The translations under genes and the position numbers were made by a program. A stretch of 48,639 nucleotides of DNA, taken from the NCBI GenBank assembly GCA_009602735.1, contig WELA01000646.1, positions 1 to 48,639 on the forward strand, in the 5' to 3' direction. The notes beneath the pieces were generated by a model. That model saw only the letters and a program-made list of their open reading frames with translations, made no database searches and was not told the origin of the DNA. This DNA is from Mesotaenium endlicherianum. Taxonomy: Eukaryota. Of the stretch, positions 9,749 to 22,376 are shown in pieces (position 1 is the first letter of the stretch; each line of letters opens with the position of its first letter).

Positions 9749-11421
9749 CTAGGGGGTTGTTCCTGGGGCTTCAGGATCAGGAGACCGAGATCTGGACCTA
9801 GATCTGGACAGCCCTCTAGGTCTGTCAGCTGGCCTTCTAAAAAACCCCGTTTGCTCTAAAGTTGGACCTCGAGGAGAACGAAGGATGGTAGCCTGCTCTT
9901 CACCCACTTGGGTGTTGATCCCCACATAGACAGGCATTCCAGTAGGATGCTGAAATACATTGGCTAGAGGTACATGCCCCTGAGCGGAGGGGGAGGCCGG
10001 CATACCTCTGGCCCACCCGCGTGTCCCTCTTCTGGCACCCCTGTCCTCTGGGGATTTCTGCCTGTGTCTGCTCCCCAGTACAGTTAGATCAGAATCTTCC
10101 CCTGCTTGGGCAGGTGGGGGGAGCGAGTGCGGGGTCCAGTTGCCTCCAAGACGGGGATCACGTTCCAAATGCCTGATCGTGGTTCTTTAGGAAGTGTTCC
10201 TGCCTGACCTTGGGTCTCCTGAGTACCAGCTGCTGATGCTTCTCTTCTGCCTTGTTCTTCTTCCTCATCCTCCTCATCCTCCTCCTCGGAGAGAGTAGGA
10301 GTCTCGTCCACTAAGTCGTCCTGCTCCCTAGTAGACATGGAGTAGTCTACCGACCTCCCTTTCTTAGGGCGCGCGGGGGGTTGCTTGGCCTTCAGCCTGT
10401 TGATATCTATCCGGCCTGCATTCTTTGCCCATTTGACGAAGGCATGCTTTCCCTTTGAGAAATAGTCTCTTCCCCTCCTCCTATGCTCCTTGGTCTCTGC
10501 ATTCATATTGCTCAGGCAACCATTCAGCCTGGGGTCCCAAGGGGCAATGTGAGGTGGTAGGATGAGATAGCCGTCTAGGCCATAGTGGAAGTCATCCGGT
10601 TGGGCTCGGTCACCTTCCTGCTTCTTATTTGTGACGATCATCCACCTCCAGTCTGTTGGCTGCTGGTAATACTGGGGTCCGTGCTCAGCCTTCCTCATTT
10701 TACACGGGAACCAGTGGGGAGAGAACATCTGCTGTCTTGCTTCCCGGGCCAAGTACTCCCAGCTCCTTCTCTCAACTTCATTGTAAGCTGGCAACAGTGT
10801 GAGGTAGAATACCGTGTCCTTAAAGCTATTGGGCCGCATGCTCACCATCCGGATGAGTCTCTAATCTCCCACTATTCCCGGTATGGGGACCGGCTTGTTT
10901 TCTAAATCATCTGCAAGGTACCGGGCCTGCTCTGCTGTATAGCCCACCATCTTGGCATAATCTTCGTAGAGGACCACACCAGTGTGTGTCTCGATGTACC
11001 TATCCAGTGTTGCAGCTCCTTCCCTCTGTAGCAGTGTCGTCTGTTCCAGCTTGTTGATCTCCTGGGCTGCCAGCAATGCTTTCTTCAGGTTATCAAAGTT
11101 TTGGCCACCCACTACAGTACACCTGTAAGTGGCCAAGCTCTTCTGTCTGTCCGCTTCAATCTTTTTCCTTTTCTCCTCCTCGCCGCTGCCGCTTCTTCTT
11201 GTTGTTTCTTCTCTCTCGCCTCCTCAGCTTTTCTGAGGTTTTTCCGCTTCCTGATCCTTCTTCCTCTGTGCCTCTTCTGCCGCCTCTTGTTGTCTGCGGA
11301 CCCTTTCTTGTTCTCCTCTGGTGAGGGACGTCGCCGCCAGCTCCTTTTGGTATTGCTCCATTGTCCTCCTGGCTTCTTCTGCCTTGCGCTTTCTGTCCTC
11401 CTTTTGTGTAGTGGGAGCCAT
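9749..11421 (-). pseudogene. Family B extra ORF downstream of pol (about 550 aa when two frameshifts and one TAG are repaired), function unknown
   Basis: Joins track ORFs 11224-11445, 11112-11471, 10861-11136, 10084-10848 and 9749-10168. Colinear with 22377-23663, with many synonymous differences. Confidence 0.8.
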
Positions 11422-11422
11422 C

Positions 11423-11528
11423 CTGTACATGTAACCAGGGCACAAGTTAGTAGGATATGGACGTTTGTCATAGGGATTGCAGGCAGGAAGTATGTCCGTA
11501 TTAGTATGGTGGATTTGCTCCTCTTTAC
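11423..11528 (-). other. Predicted 106-nt spliceosomal intron just upstream of the extra-ORF ATG
   Basis: AAG|GTAAAG donor, TACTAAC branch point (11446-11452) and TACAG|G-ATG acceptor. Same length and signals at 22270-22375. Confidence 0.65.
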
Positions 11529-11769
11529 CTTACAGGGTGATTGCTAGAAGTTGACGTAGTTGCGGTGCGCTAAACATAAACGTATGAATGTGTTTTAAGG
11601 TGAGTTAAGTGATGTGTTGCTGTGCGAGGCCCTTTTCCCTTCAGCTCAAGGTGCTTTCACGTAACTGTCCCTTTATCGCTCTCGCTCACTAACTGTCATA
11701 TACTTTTCCCCTCCAACTTAAATGAAGACACGACCGCCTGTCACCTTCCCGTGTCAACTGAAATGACAG

Positions 11770-14700
11770 TTATGGAGGGGCTCCAGTCGCCCGAAGGTGG
11801 AACCGTTTCAACGCCCCTTTGGCATTGGTCAAATGGTCCTTAAATTCCCAAGTGTCCCCAGAGGCATCGTAACCCTTCCATCGAATGAGGTATTTCATGA
11901 CATATTTAGACGATCAACGGACCGAGCGCGCGTCTAAAATCTCCTCAACCTCATATTCGTCAGAGTTGCCGTCCCTGACAGCGGGGACCGGTTCCGGTTG
12001 GACTGGGAACCAACCTGTGAACAGTATATCACCTTTGATGTATGGTTCCAGGAAGGAGACATTAAAGACCGGGTGACCCTTGTATTCGGCTGACACGTTT
12101 AGTTTGTAAGCGTTCTGACCGACACGACGCACCACCGAACATGGACCGACCCAGACAAGGCCAAGCTTTTTCTTGACCACACCAGGGAGGTACAGGTGCT
12201 GAGAATGCAGTTTGACTAGATTGCCTTTAGAAAATGTCAGCTCTCGACGGTGTTGATTAGCGTATTTTTGTTGGTTTTGTTGGGCTTTGTGCAGGTTTTG
12301 TTGGACTTCTGACAGGGTGTCAGCAAACTCCTGAGTTAACTGGAGGGAGACGGGATTGTCAATACCTTCAGGGTCAGTTAAAGACTCCCCCAGTACATCT
12401 AAAGGAGACTTAGGGACTCTACTCAGGCTGAGTTCAAAAGGAGTCTTGCCCGTTGACGCGTGCACCGCAATGTTGATCGCAAACTGAATTTGAGGCAACA
12501 GGTCATCCCAATTATCTTGTTTTTGGTTAATATATGCTCTCAGCACCTCCTGCAGAACTCGGTTAGTTCTTTCAGTCTGTCCATCAGTGTGAGGGTGGTT
12601 AGCTGTGCTAAGCAGCTGTTTGACTCCCATTAACCCCATTAAAGCTCTCCAAACTTAGAGGTAAATTTTGAGTCTCTGTCTGAGATGATATCAGAGGGAA
12701 GCCCATGTTGGCATACTACATGGTTGTAGAACTGTCTCGCTGTTTTGAGTGCAGTCACTTTGACAGTTGTGGGGATAAAATTGACCATCTTTGTCAGTTT
12801 ATCCACGACTACCAGTATCGAATCATGCCCATTGGCAGTTTTTGGTAGTGTGACCACCCAGTCCAGGGATATAGTTTCCCAGCGTCCAGCTGGAATGGGG
12901 AGTGGTTGCAAGAGACCTCCCGGTGGTGTGTGCCTAGACTTATTTTTTTGACACTGATCACAGGACTTTACATATTTCAAGACCTCCTGAGGCAACCCCT
13001 CCGAATGATAATGTTTCGCCAGTTTGCCAACTGTTTTGGCCTGCCCCAAATGCCCACCCAGTAAACTGTCATGTGCTTGACTCAATAAAAGGGACCTTAT
13101 TTCCAAGTTATTAGGAATGACCAGCTTCAGCCTGCCTGAAGTGATTTCTGTCACCCAGACCCCTCCCTTATGCTTATACCCGAGTGCAGTAGCACGACAC
13201 ACACCAGTAGTGGGGCTGGGCTCAAATGTTGGGTCAGAAAGGTAGGCTTTCCTAAGTTGTTCAAGAAAGGACTTTTTCACCTCTAGTGAAGTGAGTGCAC
13301 ACAGGACTTTATCTACAGCATGCTGACTAAAGTTGCTTTCTTGCAAGTCAGGTCTTCTAGAGAGTGCATCAGCAAGATTCAACTTCCCTGGTTTGTAGTC
13401 GATCTGGACTTGGAATTGCTCCAGCATCTTGGTCCAGCGGTTCTCCCTCCTCGACAGCTTGGACTTCTTCTCAAAGTGAGTCAGAGCTAGATGATCTGTA
13501 ATCACCTTAAAAGCTTTACCATGTAAGTATGCTCTCCACTGTTTGAGTACATGAATGATAGCTAGCAGCTCTTTATCATGCACTGAGTAATTAATCTCCG
13601 CTGGATTAAATTTCATAGACTCATACAACACAGGATGCCACTCCTGCCGTACCTTACCATCCTTTGTGGTTTTGTCAGCAGGCTGCAACAAAATAGCACC
13701 CATGGCAAAGTCAGAGGCATCAGTAACCACCTGCACCGGTTTGCTGGGGTCATACACGGCTAGCACTGGGGCAGAACAAAGGGCATCTTTAAGGGTCTGG
13801 AAGGCAGCCTGCTGCTCTTCCCCCCACGCATACCCTATGTCGTTCTTAGTAAGGTCAGTCGGTTTACTGGCCTTTGTAGAATAATTCTCAATAAATCTCC
13901 TATAGTAGTTAGCCAACCCGAGGAAGGATCTAACTTCAGAGACAGACTGTGATGCTGGCCAGTCCCTTATGGTCTGGACTCTCTTAGGATCCACACTGAT
14001 GCCGTCTTTACTGACAACATGGCCTAAGAATTCAGTACTTTCTTTAAAGAAATCACACTTGCTCATTTTTGCATATAAGTGATTTTTTCTCAGAGTGTCA
14101 AGGACTGTCTTTAAGTGTCTAGCAGGGTGAGCTTCATCCTTAGAGAAAATTAAAATATCTTCCAGGAAAACTTGCACAAACTTATCCAAGTAAGGCCTGA
14201 AAATGTCATTCATAGCACCCATGAAGGTCGCAGGAGCATTAGTCAGTCCAAATGGCATCACGTTGAACTCATAGTGTCCATAACGTGTGCGGAAGGCAAT
14301 CTTGTGTTCATCCCCCTCAGCAATTCTGATTTGATGATAACCACTCTTGAGATCTATCTTATTGAACACCTTAGCACCAGACAGGGTATCAAGCAAGTCC
14401 TTGATTCTGGGTAAAGCATACTTGTTCTTTATTGTTATTCTGTTCAGGGCTCTGTAATCCACTCACATCCGAATACCACCATCCTTTTTCTTAACAAATA
14501 GGATGGGTGCGCCGTAAGGTGATTTACTGGGAGAAATATAACCACTTTCCTCAAGCTCCGCAATCTGTGTTTTCAACTCCTCGCTCTCCACATAAGAGAA
14601 GTCATAAGTGCGTTGCCAGGGTGGCTGACTCCCAGGTAATAAATCAATCCTATGATCTACTTCTCTCTTATGGGGTAGTCCTGGAGGCATATTAAACACA

Positions 14701-15455
14701 TCCGTGTACTGAGCATCAATTTTCGCAGCAGTAGGGTGCTCCGGAGGGCTTACCTTTTTCTCCACCACTTCTTCGGGTTGAGGAGGTACGTCTCTTATCA
14801 GCAGACAGAACATTCTGTCTTCCTTCTGGTTCCAGCTTTTGACGAACTCCAATGCATTCAGCAACTTGCATCCTTCTGGAAGCCTCTTCTTTTCCTTCAT
14901 TTGCCATCCACACAGGACAAGAGGAAGAGCACTGGTGGGTGCCAAGTCAGTCTGCCCATCACTGGCTCCTCTCACTTTAACTGTACCTCTGCTCCAACAC
15001 ACTTCAGCTTGATGTCTATTAAGCCAGGACCTGCCTAGCACGAGATCATAAAAGCCAGTGTTGAGTACCTCAAATGTAAGCGTTTCAGTTAGAACTGCAA
15101 TGCCAGAACCTAACTGGACCTCAATAGGCTTGGTTATAACTCCTCCGGGGATACTTGAGGCATCTCCAAGGAATATTTTTCTATTCCCTTGGGTGACAGT
15201 AGGCAGCCTTAGCCGCTTAACTAAGTCCTTGTGGATAAAAGTATGTGACGCCCCTCCGTCAACAAATGCCCTCACCTTCCTACCTGCAATCATGCAATGC
15301 AGTAGGATAGGGGGGACTGTCTTTTCCTGACTTTCGCATTGTTCTCCTGACGTAGCAAAGAAATGTTGGACATCAGGTGGAACAAGAGCATCCAGACTGT
15401 GCACTCTCTGGACGTCTATATTGCTGATGGTCTCCTTTATCTGGTTGTCAGGCAT
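11770..15455 (-). pseudogene. pol: Family B pol: protease, RT, RNase H, integrase, chromodomain
   Basis: [34 protein letters not shown] (catalytic D mutated); [13 protein letters not shown]...GH...CDQC, SDRD, DGQTER; chromodomain EYEVEEILD...YLIRWKGYDASGDTWE. Stops at 14463 and 11914, frameshift near 12639. Confidence 0.95.
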
Positions 15456-15930
15456 GCATAGTCTAGCAAATGCAGCAGCGTGAAATTGGCATCTACTTGC
15501 TGCGTAGTGTCCTCAACAGTCCCTCTCGCTCCTGCAGCAGCAATTCCTGCCGCATTCAGCCGGTCACGTATTTGACCTAGGGGTACATTGAATTGTACAG
15601 CAGGAGGTGGGTTCAGGATATTGGCCCTGGATGCCATAAGTTCTTCAACAGTGCGCTTGTCAGCTGGCTGTTCTTCCCTCCTTTCTGTATCTTCAGCGGC
15701 CTTTGCTAATTGTTCAGTTCTAATCTGGCTCTCTCCTCCTCAGCTTGCTGTGCTGCAACTGCGGCAATAACACTGGCCTCATCTGCAGCCTCTCTAGGTG
15801 CAGTATCTGCCACTAGTTCAGAATAGGTACGGGTTCCCGCTACATGGCTTTTCGCCTGGTTTTTGACATTCTCGCTATCCTGGTTCTCCATGTCTCGGGT
15901 GTTGCTAGTTTGAGATCTTGTCCTTACCAT
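15437..15930 (-). pseudogene. gag: Family B gag N-terminus (capsid and zinc-knuckle region deleted)
   Basis: ATG about 20 nt after the PBS (MVRTRSQ). Homologous to 17010-17250, then jumps to the equivalent of about 18350. Confidence 0.75.
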
Positions 15931-15950
15931 ACAAAGAAGACTGTAATAAT

Positions 15951-15963
15951 TGCTCCGATACCA
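15951..15963 (-). promoter_or_regulatory. Primer binding site, tRNA-iMet type
   Basis: TGGTATCGGAGCA, 1 nt after the LTR end. Confidence 0.9.
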
Positions 15964-15964
15964 C

Positions 15965-16746
15965 TGAAATGAATCGTCTTACCAAATAGGCGATTAATAA
16001 TTAATAAAAATCTTTATATCAGGAAGTAATCTTTATGGATTTTTCGTTAACTGATTAAACGGCAAAGGACAACACACTAGCAGTGAACAATACTCGTAAA
16101 TCAAATGCGAGTAAACTAGCATCAATAATGCATTCAGTAAACTCATGCATAAGCAAGGTTAGAAGACAGTGCGTATCAATGGCTTCTCGCCTTGGATTCA
16201 GTTCTCTCTCAGTCAGCTGTACAAGAGAGTTGGCCTCGTTTTTGAATGCCGAACTCGAGAGCATTGCCTAGCATATGTACATGGAATGAGTTTACTGTTC
16301 AACGATCAGTGCGATGGCACCGCCTACCCGGGAGTTAACCACGTTGGTAGGACCTCGGTTAACCAAATCCACCGCCATCTCCCATCATCCCGAATCGCCA
16401 TCCATCATAGGGATGTCATTTGGCCATTCATCTAGCATACCACACTTAGATGCATATCGAGGCAGTTTGCTGCTACCGAGTACAGAAGTCAGCTGGCTGT
16501 TAAAGAATGTGTCAGCAAGCTGACTTAAGCTGACTTCAGCTTGCTGCATCCGGCTGAGTCATTAAACTGATACTAAATATAAACTCCAGCACACTGACTA
16601 TTAACTAAAGTTCAGCAGGCTGAATTATGTAAATTACATTTAAATGAATATTACTTCTACTAATATACTGATTCATTACAGGCTGAACTTAATTTACAAT
16701 TACATTTAAATGAATATTACATCTACTAATATACTGATTCATTACA
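15965..16746 (-). repeat. Family B 5' LTR with a 66-bp terminal tandem duplication (16681-16746)
   Basis: Near-identical to 8923-9636 apart from the extra unit. Confidence 0.95.
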
Positions 16747-17009
16747 ATGACTCAGCTGAGAGCAGCAGGCTGAAGTCAACTTAGGTCAGCTTGCTGATAC
16801 ATTGTTTGACAGCCAGCTGACTTCTGTACTCGGTAGCAGCGATTTGCCTAGATATGCATCTAAGTGTGGTATGCTAGATGAATGGCCAAATGACATCCTT
16901 AGCATGGATGGCGATTCGGGATGATGGGAGATGGCGGTGGATTTGGTTAACGGAGGTCCTACCAACGTGGTTAACTCCCAAGTAGGCAATGCCGTTGCAC
17001 TTGCCGTTG

Positions 17010-18256
17010 CTCGCTGCTGAGGGTGCAGAAAGGAGGGACGGACAGTCCGCGGTCGAGCGCACTGTCGAAGGATTTATGGCAGCGAGAGCCAATGTCCTGA
17101 AGCCACCTCCTGCTGTACAACTCAACGTTCCTCTAGGTCAAATTCGTGACCGGCTGAATGCGGCAAGAATTGCTGCTGTAGGAGCAAAAGGACTGTTGAG
17201 GACACCTCTCAGCAAGTGGATGCCACTGCTGCTGCTGCATTTGCTGGACTTTCACCTCAGAGTGTAGATTTGGGAGCACTATTTGTGCAAATGCAATTGC
17301 AAATGGCGAGCATGTATCAGTCCCAACAGGAGGATAAACGAATCATAATGTCCTTGCTGACAAAGACCAATTGGGTTCTCAAACCACTGGTGGTCGTGGT
17401 AGAGGACCTAGTAAGCCTAAGCCAAAACCTCCTCAAAACTATGATCCTGAGGGAAACAAAAAGTATTACCTGATCAAGTTTCTCGCTGATGTTGAGCAGT
17501 GGCTGGAGAACTACCCAGAACTGCAGGATTACGAGAAGGTCAGGCACACTGGTGCTTTACTAAACGGCAGTGCAGCAGACTGGTGGTTGTATTGGAAAGG
17601 AGGGCGTAAGGCTTAGCAACTCGGTGACCCTACTTGAGTAGAGTTTGTCGAGAAAGCGCATGAGAAGTTTGATGTCATTAATCAGCAGGAGAAAGCTATC
17701 TTTGCAATGATCTCCATGACACTGAAGCAGACCACTTCAGATCCTGAGTTTGCTCAGAAGTTCCAGGAGAACATGATGAAGCAGCCAGACTTGCCAGAGC
17801 GGTATAGGATAGCATACTTCAGGTATGGCTTGAAATCCGAAGTCTCTGGTCATTTTGCTGAAAAGAAATATGAGAAACTGGCTGACTTGATACAGGCCGC
17901 TGATGCGTGGGATCAGCAGCAGTTTAATCACAAGAGCCAGAGTAATGCTTTGGTGTCTAAGATTGTCAAATAGCCCCACGATTCCTACAAAGCAATTGAA
18001 GGAGACTGGGGCTAAGGACCATCAGGGTGATGAGTAAAAGTATGAATATACTGCTATGCAACCTAGAGAGAGAGGTGGTTACTCTCCAGGTGGCTATGGA
18101 AGAGGTGGTGGTAGGACTAAGCCGAGGCCAGCCTCAGCAAAATCTATTTGCTTCCATTGCCAGCAGCTGGGTCACTACAGAGAACAGTGTTCAATCAAGC
18201 ACCTTCCAAAGGTCGAGAGAAAAGACCAGCCATTAAAAGACAGCAACAGTCAGTAA
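17010..18256 (+). pseudogene. gag: Family B gag (capsid region and CCHC zinc knuckle)
   Basis: PKPPQNYD, LLNGSAADWW, FRYGLKSEV, CFHCQQLGHYREQC. Several stops and frameshifts. Confidence 0.9.
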
Positions 18257-21200
18257 TCCAATTTACAGATTGTGAGGATGCTAGAGATAGTGAGTCGTCA
18301 CTAGCTACCTACGTAGCAGGTATTATGGATCCTGCTGAACAAGATTCATTATGCATACCTGACAAACAAATAAGGAGACCATCAGCAATATAGACCCCCA
18401 GAGAGTGCACACTCTGGATGATCTTGTTCTACCTCATGTCCAACATTTCTTCGCTAAGTCAGGAGAACAATGCAAAAGTCAGGAAAAATATGTCCCCCCT
18501 ATTCTACTGCATTGTATGATTGCAGGTAGGAAGGTGAGGGCATTTGTTGACGGAGGGACGTCACATACTTTTATCCAGAAGGACTTAGTCAAGCGGCTAA
18601 GGCTGCCTACAGTCACCCAAAAAAATAGAAAAAATAAAAAATATTCTTTGGAGATGCCCCGAGTATCCCCGGAGGAATTATAAGCAAGCCTATTGAGATC
18701 CAGTTAGGTTTTGGCATTGCAGTTCTAACTGAAACGCTTACGTCTGAGGTACTCAACACTGGCTTTTATGATCTCTTGCTAGGCTAGTTGTGGCTTAACA
18801 GACATCAAGTTGAAGTGTGTTGGAGCAAAGGCACAGTGAAAGTGAGAGGAGCAAGTGATGGGCAGACTAACTTGGCACGCACCAGTGCTCTTCCTCTTGT
18901 CTTGTATCGATGGCAAATGAGGGAAAAGAAGAGGCTTCCAGAAGGATGCAAATTGCTGAATGCAATGGAGTTCATCGAAAGCTCGAACCAGAAGGAAGAC
19001 AAAATGTTTTGTCTGCTGCTAAGGAAGGTACCTGCTCAACTTGAAGAAGTGGCTGCGAAAAAGGTAAGCCCTCTGGAGCACCCTACTACTGCAAGAATTG
19101 TTGCTCATTATATTGATGTTTTTAATATGCCTCCAGGACTACCCCCTAAGAGGGAAGTAGGTCACATGGATGATTTGTTACCTCGGAGTCAGCCACCCTG
19201 GCAACGCACTTATGGCTTGTCTTATATCGAAAGCAAAGAGTTGAAAACACAGATTGCAGAGCTTGAGGAAAATGGTTATACTTCCCCCAGTAAATCACCT
19301 TATGGCGCACCCATCCTATTTGTTAAGAAAAAGGATGGACATTTGCGGATGTGTGTTGATTACAGAGCTCTTAATAGAATTACAATAAAGAACAAGTGTG
19401 CTATACCCAAAATTGAGGACTTGCTTGATACCCTGTCGGGTGCTAAAGTGTTCAAAAAAGTAGATCTTAAGAGTGGTTATCATCAAATGAGAGTTGCTGA
19501 GGGGGATGAACACAAGACTGCCTTCCGCACACGTTTTAAACATTATGAGTTTAATGTGATGCCATTTGGAGTGACTAATGCTCCTGCAACCTTCATGGGT
19601 GCTATGAATGACATTTTCAGACCTTACTTGGATAAGTTTGTGCAAGTCTTCATGGATGATATTTTAATTTTCTCCAAAGATGAAGCTCAACATGCTGAAC
19701 ACTTAAAGACAGTCATGGACACTCTGCAAAGGAATCAGTTATATGCTAAAATGAGCAAGTGTGATTTCATTAGGAAAGTATTGAATTGTTGGGCCACGTT
19801 GTCAGTAAAGAAGGCATCAGTGTGGATTCTAAGGAAGTCCAGACCATAAGGGACTGGCCAGTACCACAGTGGGTCTCAAAAGTTAGATTCTACCTTGCGT
19901 TGGCTAACTACTACAAGAGATTCATCGAAAATAATTCTATAAACGCCAGTAAACTGACTGACCTTACTAAGGACATAGGGTATGTGTGGGGGGAAGAGCA
20001 GCAAGCTGCCTTCCAGACCCTTAAAGATGCCCTTTGTTCTGCCCCAGTGCTAGTCGTGAATGACCCCAGCAAACCGGTGCAGGTGGTTACTGATGCCTCT
20101 GACTTTGCCATGGGTGCTATTTTGTTGCAGCCTGCTGACAAAACCACAAAGAATGGTAAGGTACGGCAGGAGTGGCATCCTGTGTTGTATGAGTTTATGA
20201 AATTTAATCCAGCGGAGATTAATTACTCAGTGCATGATAAAGAGCTGCTAGCTATCATTCATGTACTCAAACAGTGGAGAGCATACTTATATGGTAAAGT
20301 TTTTAAGGTGATTACAGATCATCTAGCTCTGACTCACTTTGAGAAGAAGTCCAAGCTGTCGAGGAGGGAGAACCGCTGGAGCTAGATGTTGGAGCAGCTC
20401 CAAGTCCAGATCGACTACAAACCAGGGGAGTTGAATACTGCTCATGCACTCTCTAAAAGACCTGACTTGCAAGAAGGGAACTTTAATCAGCATGCTATGA
20501 ACAAAGTTCTTTGTGCACTCACTTCACTAAAGGTGAAAAGTCCTTCCTGGAACAACCTAGGAAAGCCTACCTTTCTGACCCAACATTTGAGCCCAGCCTC
20601 ACTGAGGGTGCAATCTTGCAACTGCACTTGGGTATAGGCTAAAGGGAGGGGTTTGGGTAACTGAAACCACTTCAGGCAGGCTGAAGCTGGTCATTCCTAA
20701 TAACTTGGTCATAAGGTCCCTCTTATTGAGTCACGCACACGACAGTGTACTGGGTGGGCATTTGGGGCAAGCCAAAACTGTTGGCAAATTGGCAAAACAA
20801 TATCATTGGAAGAGGTTGCCTCGGCAAGTTTTGAAATATGTGAAATCTTGTGATCAGTGTCAAAAAAATAAGTCAAGGCACACACCACCCGGGGGGCTAT
20901 TACAACCACTACCCATCCCAGCTGGACGCTGGACAACAATATCCATGGACTGGGTGGTAACACTACCAAGAACTGCCAATGAGCATGACTCGATGCTGGT
21001 AGTAGTGGATAAACTGACAAAGATGGTCCTGTTCATCCCCACCACTGTCAAAGTAAACATTTAGAATTGCGAGACAGTTCTACAACCATGTAGTATGCCA
21101 ACATGGGCTACCCTCTAATATTGTCTCAGACGGAGACTCCAAGTTTTAATGGGGTTAATAGCAGTCAAACAGCCGCTTAGCACAGCAAATCACCCTCAGA

Positions 21201-21990
21201 CTGATGGGCAGATTGAAAGAACTAACCGAGTCCTGCAAGAGGTGCTGAGAGCATATATTAACCAAGAACAAGATAATTGGGATGACCTGTTGCCTCAAAT
21301 GCAGTTTGCGGTCAACAGTGCAGTGCACGCATCAACGGGCAAGACTCCTTTTGAACTCAGTCTGGGTAAAGTCCCTAAGTCTCCTTCAAATGTGCTGTGG
21401 GAGTCTTTAACTCACCTTGAGGGGATTGACAATCCGATGTCTCTCCAGTTGATTCAAGAGTTTGCTGACACCCTGTCAAAAATCCAGCACAATCTGCACA
21501 AAGCCCAGGAAAATCAACAAAAATACGCTAATCAACACCGTCGAGAGCTGACATTTTCAAAGGGTGATTTGGTCAAACTGCATTCTCAACACCTGTACCT
21601 GCCTGATGTGGTCAAGAAAAAGCATGGACCGGTCTGGGTCAATTCGTATTCTGTGGTGCGTCGTGTCCGTCAAAATGCTTATAAACTGAATATGTCAGCG
21701 GAATATAAGGGTTACCCACTGGTTAATGTCTCCTTCCTGCAACCATTCATCAAGGGTGACACACTGTTCATTGGTTGGTTCCCTGTTCAACCGGGACCCT
21801 GAGGAACATGAGGTCGAGGAGATTTAGAAGCTCGGTCTGTTTGTCGATCATCTAAATATGTCATGAAATACCTGATCAGCGGGAAGGGTTACGATGCCTC
21901 TGGGGATACTTGGGAATTTAAGGACCATTTGACCAATGCCAAAGGGGCGTTCAAACGGTTCCATCTTCGGGCGGCTGGGGCACCTCCCTA
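18232..21990 (+). pseudogene. pol: Family B copy 2 pol fragments (PR, RT, RH, INT, chromodomain)
   Basis: [30 protein letters not shown] and DGQIER, colinear with 11770-15455. Confidence 0.95.
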
Positions 21991-22376
21991 ATTGTCGTTT
22001 CATTTGACATAGGACGATGACAGGAGGTGTTGTCTCCATTTGAGTTGGAGGGGAAATGTGCTAGTAAATGACAGGTAGTGTGCGAGAGAGGGACAGTTAT
22101 TGACAGCATAGTCACAGATGGGACACCCACGCCTACATTCAGCAAAGTTGGCGGAATGAAGAAGGGACTTGCACATCAACACATTATTTAACTTACCCTG
22201 CACACACATTCATTTGTTTATTTTTCATCGCACTGCAGCTACGTCTACTCCTCGTAACTACCCTGTAAGGTTAACGGGAACAAACCTACTATAACAATAC
22301 AAACTTGCTTCTCTTCCTGCAACTCCGGTGACAAGATCAAGATCCTACTAACTTGTGCCTTGGTGGCATGTGCAGG

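Larger units (their letters stand above)
8923..16746 (-). mobile_element. Ty3/gypsy chromovirus family B copy 1 (two LTRs, gag internally deleted, pol with stops, extra 3' ORF)
   Basis: LTRs at 8923-9636 and 15965-16746 with TG...CA ends, PBS, PPT, and PR-RT-RH-INT-chromodomain. No matching TSD (CTATG vs ATGAC). Confidence 0.95.

Noticed and set aside
9749..11421. Calling the extra ORF an envelope gene
   Set aside because: No signal peptide or transmembrane segment is visible.
15245..15270. Protease motif DGG instead of D(S/T)G
   Set aside because: It is shared by both family B copies and such variants occur in LTR-element proteases, so it is neither a lesion nor notable.
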